Positions 52,938-64,000 of a DNA stretch of 64,000 bases are shown piece after piece (the first letter of the stretch is position 1; every line of letters begins with the position of its first letter). Source of the DNA: Perna viridis (lineage: Eukaryota); contig CM074511.1 of NCBI GenBank assembly GCA_037379345.1, positions 66,718,862-66,782,861 on the forward strand. The letters are read 5' to 3'. The notes below the pieces were generated by a model that was given only the letters and a program-made list of their open reading frames with translations, was not told the origin of the DNA and did no database searches. The position numbers and the translations under genes were made by a program.

Positions 52938-54168
52938 TACTATTATGTTTTAGTCGTTAGGTACATAATGATATTAAAAATGTTAAAGCAAATAGGCGGA
53001 GACGTAACCAACACTATTCAGTTTATTTCATCTAAATGTTTTCAGAATAAATATATGGCTTTTGTGTGAAATCAAAAGAAGAAAATTAAATACGACGTAA
53101 TACCATATAATCGATGGAATTTTACTCCCCTTTAACAATGACTCAAGTCAAGATTTATTTACATTTTAATGTAGTTCGTGAAGAAATAAATTAAAAGCTG
53201 TAATTTGTGTTTTATTAACTGTTGGATCTTCGCATTGTATGAATTCACTCTTTAATTTGTTATGTTACATTCAGATCTGCCTAGTTATGCTTGCATAGCC
53301 AACTTTGGACAATTTATGCTTGTGCATCAACCACTTCATGGTACTGTAACGTAAATTGTCCCAAAGTTGGTTTTAAAATGAGAAACTCAGAAACAGTGGT
53401 GACGTATTCTACGTTAATTTTTTGCCAAGATAAACTTATCGCTGTTTTTAACAGCACTCTCTATTACATTCGGATATTAGTTGAAATAGAATAATAAATA
53501 CATACAACATAATTTGACGTTGTAATTTCTTAGTTCTGATTCTGTTATTTAACCATTACATAATTTCCTTTTTCGTTGCTAATATCGTAAAGATGAAATG
53601 AGTGTTCTTTTTTCCAAATAATTGACTGAATAGTAAATACATATCGCAAAGAACTTGGGTTCTTGACATGCATATTACAGTTATGGGATGTTGATCTCCT
53701 TCAAGGTAAAAACACTGTATGTTAATACAAAAAAAGTATAATAATTTCCCTTTTCACTTGGACCCTTCTTGTGGTAGAAGACTACTTTTATGTATCGTGA
53801 TATTCGTTCACGAATTTAAAAAAACTGGAATCCATGTGTTAGTTATTGGTCTACACAAGTTGTAACGAACGAGTATTAAAGTTAGAGCTTAAGTCAATAT
53901 GGTATAATGATTCATCCATACACACAAGTGAAAACTGTTACGCACAAGTTCATAAATTCATGCGCCTAAGTGCATGTTTGTAAACACAAGTAAGTAAATA
54001 CCGTAGTTTTAGGCATGGATGGTTTTAGATTACCACCCCTTTACCTCTTTCGTCCACCTCGGACGTGACATTTTATGAGCAACTTACAAGTTCTAACGAC
54101 TTTTGTTCGCTCAAAGAACAAACGCGAATAGAACACAATTTTCCGAATTACGTGGTCGGTTGAATATA

Positions 54169-54403
54169 CACAGCCAAATGTGCCACACATGATAATCATA
54201 TGGTAATCATATGACAATCATATAATATTGAATATATGATAGTCATGTGATTATCATATGATTCTCATATGGTAATTTTGGCTTAAAAACATATGACAAT
54301 CATTTGTTTGTGAAAAACATATGATTATCATATGGTGCTCGATTTATATGATAATCATATGATGCAAACCATATGATTCTCATGTGTGGCACATTTGCCT
54401 GTG
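54169..54403. mobile_element. MITE with CACAG termini, TA flanks and CATATG-rich interior
   Basis: 36-bp TIR cacagccaaatgtgccacacatgataatcatatggt / accatatgattctcatgtgtggcacatttgcctgtg. Confidence 0.85.
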
Positions 54404-54858
54404 TAAACACAAAAACAACAACTGAAGAAACATTTCTAAAGGACATTTACATACAAGAACAACAATACTTTACTTATAATTTCTAAATAAAATGCTTATG
54501 CAATTCAGGATAAGTGCAGCAGAAATTTCCAAAGTCCTTTTTTAACATTTACAGCATTCCTTACCATTTTTTCTCGTGTACTTTTAAATTTGAAACTTGT
54601 TCAAAATAAATTTTGTCTATCGTGTACATACCAAAGAAGGCTGGCATTTAAGCGTGAATAATCAGAAATAGTCGGGTAGAAGTTGACCTTTGGAGTAGAG
54701 CAATTTCTTAAAAATATTGCTTTCTGTTTATATTATTTTAAATTACAAGCTGTACTTTAGCCAATAAAGCATTTCTTTATATTTATTTCTTTAAAATAAA
54801 AAAAATTCCTACAGTGTATGTATTATAATAATGATGTATTTTCCAATGTAAGATAAAT

Positions 54859-55092
54859 CTCGGTGGGTGTTTCTATAAAAGCATAGGACGCCTACCCTGC
54901 CGTTGCACCACCTGGTCCATGCTACTAGTTTTAGTGGAATTCAGGTTGCCAAAGTTACTTTTGATTTTTCTGTACTTGTTATTTTGGTGATATCATGTTC
55001 TTTGTTGTGTGTATCTGTTTCCCCTGTCTAATCTTCATCCTTGAATATGTTCTTTGATTTCCACGAGAATTTTGGTTCCCTTGATTACTCTT
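54859..55092 (+). mobile_element. Penelope-like 3' UTR (family A, degenerate); upstream part probably displaced to 54045-54085
   Basis: ctcggtgggtgtttc...ggacgcctaccctgccgttgcaccacctggtccatg...ttggttcccttgattactc. Confidence 0.75.
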
Positions 55093-55433
55093 TCCTCGAC
55101 AGGTTAATCTGATTAAAATCACCTACTATATATATTTGAAATATCACAAAGAAAATCAAATATATTACAATATAACAAAACTAGATGTAAATATAGTAAT
55201 ATCTATTAGTACGAAAGCTCTTGCACTCTTATTACATGTCAGTGATTGAGGTACTAAAGTGTTTGTCCGTAGTTACGTAACTTTGCCATATTGACAGTTT
55301 ACTTTTCATCGTATTTGTTTTGATTGTTTAATTCACCAAAACAGATAAAAAGTATTCATTTTTTTATAATTTTCGTGCTAAGTATCATTTATGCATTAGT
55401 ACTTATAGTCAAACAGAACTCATTGAATGACAT

Positions 55434-55844
55434 AACGTAAGACCCAAGCAGCGGGTGGCAGATAAAAACAAATGTTTGTCTTGAAGGGGCTTCTTAAGAG
55501 GGTGTCAACGTAAGACCCAAGCAGCGGGTGGCAGATAAAAACAAATGTTTGTCTTGAAGGAGGCTTCTTAAGAGGGTGTCAACGTAAGACCCAAGCAGCG
55601 GGTGGCAGATAAAAACAAATGTTTGTCTTGAAGGAGGCTTGTTAAGAGGGTGTCAACGTAAGACCCAAGCAGCGGGTGGCAGATAAAAACAAATGTTTGT
55701 CTTGAAGGAGGCTTGTTAAGAGGGTGTCAACGTAAGACCCAAGCAGCGGGTGGCAGATAAAAACAAATGTTTGTCTTGAAGGAGGCTTGTTAAGAGGGTG
55801 TCAACGTAAGACCCAAGCAGCGGGTGGCAGATAAAACAAATGTT
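55434..55844. repeat. Minisatellite, 74-bp unit, about 5.6 nearly identical copies
   Basis: Unit aacgtaagacccaagcagcgggtggcagataaaaacaaatgtttgtcttgaaggaggcttgttaagagggtgtc. Confidence 0.95.
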
Positions 55845-56641
55845 TTTAATTTGATTTACTTCGTTAGATATCTCATTGTTGTAAAACATGAATGTTGGTT
55901 TGAATTTTACTGAAATGGTAAGAAGAAAACAAATTAAAAACTTTTAAATGTAAATAACTGTGAACTGTCAATAATTTAGTTGATTAGGGAACTTTTCTGC
56001 AATTTACCAGATAGCGTCCAAAGCGGAAGTGTCTGTATTTTCTGAATATTGTTATGAACTTGTTAGATTTTTGAGTGCGTAAACGTTGCCGAGCAAAATT
56101 AAGCACTAACCAAATACACCAGAGAATACTATATAGAACAAGAAAGCATTTAAGTTACCAAATAAGTTGATCGAGAAACAGGCGAACAGATCATCAATAC
56201 ATGAAAAGGAACTGGACATACTAGGCTATACGTGCCTTGAATTTAAAAAAAACATTCATTTTTTATTAAATTGAATTTTATAAGTCAGGAAAACGAATCC
56301 TTGTGACCATAGAATATTCCATGAGAGCTGAAAACATGAAAAAAAAAGAAGCAAAACTGAAAAAAAAATGTCGACTGATACCTAAACAGTGCGTCCTTTG
56401 TATGACTATATATATATTGCTCATTTATACAAGCATGTTCTGAAGAAATAAACTATGGCAATAAACATCACCTAAGAACAATTTAATACACAAGCTTATG
56501 GACAATTGAGTACTAGTGTCACCACAAGGAAGACAACTGTAACAAATACAAAGGCTTACAAAACGAGCGAGCCTGGGCAAAATCAGGATCTCATCACCTT
56601 CATCTTGTTATTATCGTACTTTAAGAAAGTTTTTTCTTGAA

Positions 56642-58388
56642 TTACAATGTATACAATTTGTATTTCTTAGTTACCTCCAAAAGTAAAATTGAATCCAGAA
56701 GATTCCCTTTTGTCAGTGAAATATTTGTCGGTTCGCCCGGAAGTGAATTTAAACCGTTCGTATGCTGCATTAGACTCGTAATATTTTGGATTTTATCTTT
56801 GCTGAGCAATGATCTTTGTGTGTCCACTTCGTAGTCTATTATCTTTTCTTGACTAAACGCTAGACACTCATTTGTCCCCTTAAAATCTTTTAGTGAGGAA
56901 AGAAAGACAAGGTTATCATTTATTTTAACACTGATTCTATATCTTTAGACTTATTATTATCCTTTTGACTGCACATTTCCTTCGTGATGCCTTATCAACC
57001 AAATAATTGCATTTCTCCTTCACATTCGAAACACATTCGGAAGACGCTTCAAGGGCTAGATTTATTTTTTCATGTTTCCGATTTTCCATTTCCGGTATAA
57101 GCCTTTTTTCAAATGCCGATGCCTTTGATTCCGAAGTACGGACCTGTTTTGATACGAACTCTACATTATTATCTATGGATAGGCGTTTAAATCCTAATGA
57201 TAAACGTTTTTATGTTGTTCATAGTGTGGTGTTTTTTAAGTCGCTAATAGTGTTAGTGACTTCTTGCACGCGTAATTTCTTTATTTAATATTCGCATATG
57301 ATTTGCATTAATGTGTAATCATACGCCACATAATCCAGCAGATCTTCGCCGTGTTCACCACAAAAGTGTCGTAGTTCCAGATTAATGCGAGATAAAAATG
57401 TACCTCTTAAATATCCTACACGTGTGTTCTACGTGTGTTTATTGCTTGTATGAGAACGGAAAGTTTTCATGAAATGATCAGTAAGCTTTGGAGATTACCC
57501 GGTTTCCGATTCAGGCACTGAGGCTAGTTACAAGACTATATATGTCATATACATTAGCAAGCCCCGATATTTATGAAATTCATTGCCAGCTGTTAAATCT
57601 GGTTCATATACTGGTTCCCGGTCAATATCATAAGCGACCCAAAGATCGCTACAACGTACCTTTTTAAAACATATACATATGTCTTTGCGTGTTTTTTGCT
57701 TGTATTAGAACGGGAAGTTTACATTAAAAGATAAAACGATCAGTTAGCATTAAATTTATGTAATATTACCCAGTTCCCGATTCAAACATAGGTGTTCGTT
57801 ACTATTGATTATATAAAGTTCATATATATTATCAGTACTCCGATATCTATAAATAGCCATTCGGGTCCAAACGGTTACGAAATAGTTCGCAATAATATCA
57901 ATGGAACCAAAATTTCAGCGGAAGTCCCCCGATTATATAGCATATCGCCTTTGTATCATTTCGGATGTTTAAAGTTTGCCAAAACCAGTGAGAGTGAATA
58001 TTTGACGATTAGCGACTTTGAAGACTTCAGTCTTTGATTTCTCCCGGGTTTACTTTATCTGCGTCTCCGAAGAGGTGACTTTTACTAATATTTGCTTCAA
58101 GATGTGAAAGTTTACAATCGATACAAAAGTATTGTATTAGTGGAGTCCGAGTTGCTCATTTGCTTTTGTTACTTAATTTGTATGTATGATTTTAGTTACT
58201 TTATGTTCTTTGTTGTGTATGTCTGTTTTTCATGTCTGGTCTTGGTCCCTAGATTGCATTCTTTTGATTACCGCTATAACCTTGGTTCCCTTAATTACTC
58301 TTTCACAGTTCTTACAATACTTGTTTCCGCATGATGCTTCACATATTTCACACAAAATTACTGGAAATTGTGCAGCTGATATTGCCAT
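56642..58388 (-). pseudogene. Decayed B-box/coiled-coil (TRIM-like) gene
   Basis: MAISAAQFPVILCEICEASCGNKYCKNCE is interrupted by a Penelope-like insertion and resumes QYFCIDCKLSHLEANISKSH (B-box 1). HFCGEHGEDL near 57360 is a B-box 2 relic. Helical coiled-coil-like sequence with stops follows. Confidence 0.7.
58139..58292 (+). mobile_element. Penelope-like 3' UTR fragment inserted into the B-box exon
   Basis: gtggagtccgagttgctcatttgc...cttggttcccttaattactc. Confidence 0.85.
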
Positions 58389-59053
58389 TTCTGTTATTGT
58401 GTATTGAGGTGATATCAACCCAAACCTACAATCGTCCTTTACCTGGGCATTTTTTCTTTGCTAAATGCACGGTTAACTTCTTTTATCAACAGGTCAAAAT
58501 TATATTAAGGAGATAGGTATTACCATCTTGTGAGTGGATCTTAAATAGTCATACCAGCATTTTAACTTCGGGCTTTGGACTTATGGTTTATTATGAAAAA
58601 TCTGCAAAAATGGAGCTAACAGTCATTTATAAACCGGTATTATCTGCTCTATAATATTAATTTTCGGCATTGTGTATGCAAAACAATATGTTTCGAAAGT
58701 CAAACTAAAAGTCAAATACTTCTTAGAAACCACCACAGGTGGATAGCATGCATGGAGGAGGTGGGGAATATGGAAAATAATAGCACCCGTTACGATTCAT
58801 TATTTTACAATATAAATTTCTTAAGCATGCCAAATGTGGTATTTTAAAAATCAGTCGGCAACGATGAAGAGAGAACCTAATGTAGTGAGGATCTGAAATA
58901 CTCCGGATACCATTTTTCATTTAAATAACAGTTGTTTACAACCACTGTTTGAATTACGTGTGTTTACCATTATTTCGCCCTAGTATTGTAAAATGTTTGA
59001 CACGTGTCACGAAGCTGCATTCTTGTTTTCAGATTATTTGATTAAACCCACTT

Positions 59054-59136
59054 GCAATATAACGGTTGCTGCTGACATGTTAACCCTTCCAGAGCACTTA
59101 ATGTCACTCCCGGTTTTTTGTGGGGGTTCAAATTGC
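59054..59136 (+). mobile_element. Penelope-like 3' UTR structured module (family C)
   Basis: tgacat-gttaacccttccagagcactta-atgtca-ctccc...ggggg. Confidence 0.6.
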
Positions 59137-59711
59137 TAGTGATTTTGTTTGTTTTTGTGTGACGTCATGTTTCTCTTATCTATAAGTTTTTATGTGTACT
59201 CTATTGTATTCGGTTCGCTACATTGGTCAAGGGTAAGAGAACTTTGTCATCAGAAAAAAGAATAAATCGCTTATGATATCCGTGACAAGGGGAAAATTAA
59301 ATACACTTTTGTTGAAAAAAGGACAATGATTCAGATGCAGCTTACGAGAACAAACATAGGGGAACAGAATAGACAAATTTGACAAAATTAATTGAAAATA
59401 TCGGAATATTGTCTGGGGATAACTCATTCCGCTGGCCGTAAGTATATAAAAAAGCCGATGAAAGATTGCATTTTCAGAAGCAAGGTGTCTTAGTGTATAT
59501 ATTTCTTAACTTGAGTCCTGCTTCTAGCAGATTTCTGCAAACGCGAAGTTTTCAATTGGCATTTTTTTCGTTTTACATTCGTCACTTTACCGTTTTATCC
59601 GTTATCCTTATGTTCATGTCCTACCACATCCATTCATCATCCGTTTTATCCGTTATAACATCGGAAGAAGTCCGTTGTTGCATAGGTCTAATGGACCTCC
59701 AAAAGATTATA

Positions 59712-60045
59712 AGGTAGTACAATACAGTTAGGACATCTCTGAAAAATTGTATAGTGCACCCTAACGGATAAGTAACGGATACAAAACGGAAACGGAACGG
59801 ACGAGTGACGTAAGGGTGCACTATACAGTTACATTAAGACGCACTGTTTCGCACACTAAGTTACCCACTGGATACTGGATTACTTACTTATAAATGACTT
59901 GAACCTCCAAACACCAAGGATTTCAATAATATGCACTTATTATTACAAAACACTAGAAATTTCTGTGCGGACTGCCTCAAAGCAGCTTTATTTCAACAAA
60001 ATGAGACCAAATTTTCAGAAATGATCAAACCGTATTGTACTACCT
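59712..60045. mobile_element. MITE (Kolobok-like TIR) embedded in an aacggat-rich repeat (about 59575-60215)
   Basis: TIR aggtagtacaatacagtt...ctgaaaa / ttttcagaa...aaccgtattgtactacct, with internal inverted arms gtatagtgcaccct/agggtgcactatac. Confidence 0.65.
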
Positions 60046-63000
60046 AAAAAACGGACGCCTGTCGGATGTTCAACGAACTCTTGATCCGTTGGACGCCTGT
60101 TCAATTTTGAACATGCTCAAAATTTTCCACCGGACAGGACACTGAACGGACATGAACCGGCTATGTACGGACATCCAAAAGACATGAACGGATAGTTAAA
60201 AAGTTATCCGTCTGTTATAAGGGAGATTCTACTTACGTCTCCAGGGGATAACAAGATTTTTCCACTCAAGATATTTAAACAAAATCTCGTAATCCCCGAG
60301 GGTATTGGAGGAGAATCTGCTTCTCCAATGAAATCTGTAGAAAACTCTTGCAGAAAAATCACTGCCCGATGGTTAAAAAGTCACGTGCATTTTAATCGCC
60401 GGCATAGAATGGGAGAAGTTTTGAAAACTAATTCCAGTGTCACAACAAGCTATACGAACCAACAAAAACTGGCAGATATGCGTTTTTTTTTTCGATGCGC
60501 TTGAGTAGCAAAGAAAAACCGAATATTTGAAAATTGTAAAGCTATGTATTAATACTTATTTATTTTTTCATTTGTATTATTATTATTTTTTTTAAATCTG
60601 AGTAAAATACACTGTACAAACTGTACAGATTGGTTAAGGGCGTGAATAATGAGGCAACCCAACTGTCCAACACAAACTACGGTTACTACAGTATAATAAC
60701 CACTTATCATACTGCATTACTGTACATGTACACTTGAAACCTTATATTACAATACTCTTGAAACATCGTTACTAACATCTACTTAATGGACATGGGACAG
60801 AAAGTTATGTTCGATGAACATTAAAATTTGGCCTCACATACCTAGGCTTCTTGGTGCATTAAGAAAAATCTCAAATCTGTTGTAATAGTGACGTTCTGAA
60901 GCTTGATTTCTTTATTTATTTCTTTTTATTTTATTTTTAATCGTATTCATTATTATTATTTATTTTTTTTGTATTCATTATTATTTTTTTTAATTTTTAT
61001 TCATTACTTTTACTATTTATGTAATAATTATGGCAATTGTTTTGACTAGCATTTCTAACTGACTGAAGACTCTAAAAACTTACGCTTTGGGTCCCTCAGT
61101 AAAAAAAGATGAATACCATCGTTATCAAATAATTTCTGAAAAATAGCTGCCACCCTTTGACATAAGTTTGAATTCTCACCTTTACATCTTAAGGGGTATT
61201 TCTAATTTCATTGGTGACAAAATAAACATATATAGCATCATACATGTGTACTTGTAATATATATTTTAATATTATTAATCTCAGAAGATGAACAAATAAC
61301 TTTGTTAAAAGTTAAATATCTGTACATGCTTAATGGACGGTTTTCCTTCAGTCAGAAAGTTGTTATTTGAAGTTGTTCAGACGCTTCTGTTGTTCGTTCA
61401 ACACTACTAGGAGCATCAAATTGGTTCCCCTTAAGCACAGACAGACTGGACAGCAAATTGGTTCCTTTTATAAGCCCAGATCGACTGGGGCAGCAAATTG
61501 GTTCCCAGACGGACACCAGTGTGAAGCTAGCTGTTAATACCAGCCAGCATGGAAGCTAGTCGTCAATAACTTAGCCGTCAATAATATTCATGAATATTCA
61601 TAAGATTTGGGTGCGTTCAAACAAAAAAAAATAAAATTTGAAAGACGCGAATCAATTTCGCTATTCTTAATATTTTGCGTGCAGAAAATAAGAATAATGA
61701 TAGAACATACGTCCAATCTGTATACTAAGGCGTACTTTTAAAATTTTAATGATGTTACGAAATATAAAAAATAAGTTAAGTGTAATAAACAAAAGTATCG
61801 AATATGCAATAGGGGTGGATCCGGGATTTCAGGTTAGAGGCTTAAATAGAACGTTAAGTAAGAAAATTATGTTGGTTAGAGTTTTTAAAAAGTTAAGATT
61901 TCAGACCAAAAACAACAACTATAAATTTTAGGGGGGTGTGGCCATTATGAATCAACGCCCGTGCAGTTACTTTTTTTCAACAAGTACTCGTACATCGTAC
62001 TCTTACAATCACAATTAGACTGTTAGGTATAATGGGCAATATTCAGTACCTTATTAGTTTTTAATGGTAATAAAAAAATACTTTGATCCTAGGAACTATG
62101 ATAATTTCGCTTATTGTTTTCCTTGAAGGTCATTTTGCTAATAGAAAAAACTCTGTCACTAATAATAAACTTCAAAATTTCTTATAAAACAATAAAAAAT
62201 TAGTTCGTATTAAAGACGTAGGCATGTATTTTCAAGGTTTACAAATATATTTCTCTGTGAACTTTTCCCATGGGTTTGAAATAAGAGAAAGGGTAAATAC
62301 ATGTAATACCAACGTCGTGATAGGTGTTATCTGAATAGCAAAAAATCTAATGAATAAAATTTATGAAATAAAATGTTACATGTACTTGTTACATAAATGG
62401 CAGATCTTTAATTTCAATGATATAAGGCATGTAAAATTACATGGTAACTATTTAAATACGTAGACTCTTCAAGATACATGTACTTTCCAGCGCTATTAAT
62501 AGCATTTCAAACTTTCCATTGCACATGTATTGATAGCGAGGAAGAGATTTTGACAAAAGATACAAATTTGCTACCAAAATAACTCCTTGTAGTATCCAAT
62601 TGAAATATCGAGCAAGACGAATATAATGTGTAGCTTTTTTCAATTCCTTTGTCGAATACAAATCTGTATATATTTTCTCGCAGTCAAAATAACGAATTGG
62701 TTCATTCTGATTTTTACGTTTATTTAAATTCAGCTTATACAGAGGGCTTCATTAGGATTTGACCCTTGGGTCCCTACATTGGCTAAGCCTCCACATACTG
62801 GTGACCAATAATGCAACCAAAGATACATGTACCTCGCCCCGTTTTGTAAAAAGGAGTAAGATCTAGTAGTGCTTCTGCAAAAGAAAACGTCGAAAACAAA
62901 ATAATGAACCAAAGTCGAAGTCAACCTGGGGGACCAAGGTCTATCAGTCCGTTAGTCCATCTTGGGACTGAGATATTAAGCATACTTAATGACTATCAGT

Positions 63001-64000
63001 TCCCCAAATATTTGGAATTTCCATATCTTCCTTTGTCCTTTAGACAATATTGATAAAAAGCTTCACCGAGCTCAGCATGATGCGACCGCAGTGCTCGAAC
63101 CCTGGACGGTTGAGGCAAGCATGGACACTACATTAGTTTTTGAAACACAAAGGACTTACAATTTATGTGGACACAACACATGGTTTTGACACTATAATGT
63201 AAAAAAATAAAATTAATTAAAAATTTTCAAATCAGACCAAATGTAAAAATGTCGATTTTTGAAGTGTGCATGGTTCCCTTGACCCATTAAGACTCGAAAA
63301 ACATAAGAGATATCTTAATGTTCTACGCTAATTGCAGGCAAAGATTTTTATTGAGAAAATAAAATTTTATTTTTCGAAATCGGACCAAAAATAAAAAACA
63401 AACTTTTTTCGGATGTGGCCCTTTTGCCCGTTATGATTCGAAAACCGTACGAGATAGCTTAAGGACTATCGATTCCAAGAATATCTGGAAATTCCACATC
63501 TTCCTCTGCCGTTGAGAAAATTTTTAGAAAGGGGACCCCCCTTACCACTTATGTATCAACTTCGAGGTGGGTGGCTGGGACCAGGGTCCATTAATCCATC
63601 TTGGGACTGGGATGGGATTTTAGGCCTACTTAAGGACTTTCAATTCCCAATATGCCAGCCACCCACCTCGAAGTTAGTACAGAAATGACCGGGGTTGTTT
63701 TAATCGGATTTATAATTACTTCCTTCAGATTTTCCATAAGAGAGTGAAATCTCATTGATTTTTGGGATATTTTTATCTTTGTTTAGATTTTTTTATTCAA
63801 ACTTCTGTTAAGTTTTCGGTATTATTTCCGATAAAGCCGCGCTACGAATTAGAGAATGTAGTTTTAATTACTGTGCTGGTAAGAATAATACCAAACCTCA
63901 ATTTTCGAATCTGTATTTAATTAGGATAATGCAGTAACAATAGATCGTTAGTTTGACTTTGTTTACTATTGATAAACAATTTTAATACACTGTGCATTTT

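Noticed and set aside
55434-55844. CRISPR-like or retrozyme-like 74-bp array
   Set aside because: Head-to-tail near-identical units with no spacers, and no hammerhead core (CTGANGA...GAAA) seen.

Overview
AT-rich eukaryotic genomic DNA with spliceosomal introns and three N-gaps. The repeat families point to a bivalve mollusc, which is inferred and not proven. Host genes are a disordered 232-aa protein with an uninterrupted CDS (4167-4865, minus strand), a three-exon claudin/PMP22-family tetraspan gene (42015-50468, plus strand) and a decayed B-box/coiled-coil (TRIM-like) gene (about 56640-58388, minus strand). The rest is mostly mobile DNA: more than a dozen Penelope-like fragments whose RT has no C-terminal endonuclease (Naiad-type), two IS3EU/IS481-like DDE transposons, SINEs, MITEs, Helentron-like elements, a LINE RT relic and tandem arrays. 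Three observations stand out. (1) Both IS3EU-like transposons consist of a transposase copy plus an inverted second copy of their own 5' end, and one of them (30864-38649) is bounded by a perfect 6-bp target-site duplication, so it moved as a 7.8-kb two-left-end unit. (2) A pseudoknotted RNA module with clear base-pair covariation is conserved in the 3' UTRs of three divergent Penelope-like families. (3) A SINE family has a precise 5' end and a GC-rich structured head but no tRNA head.
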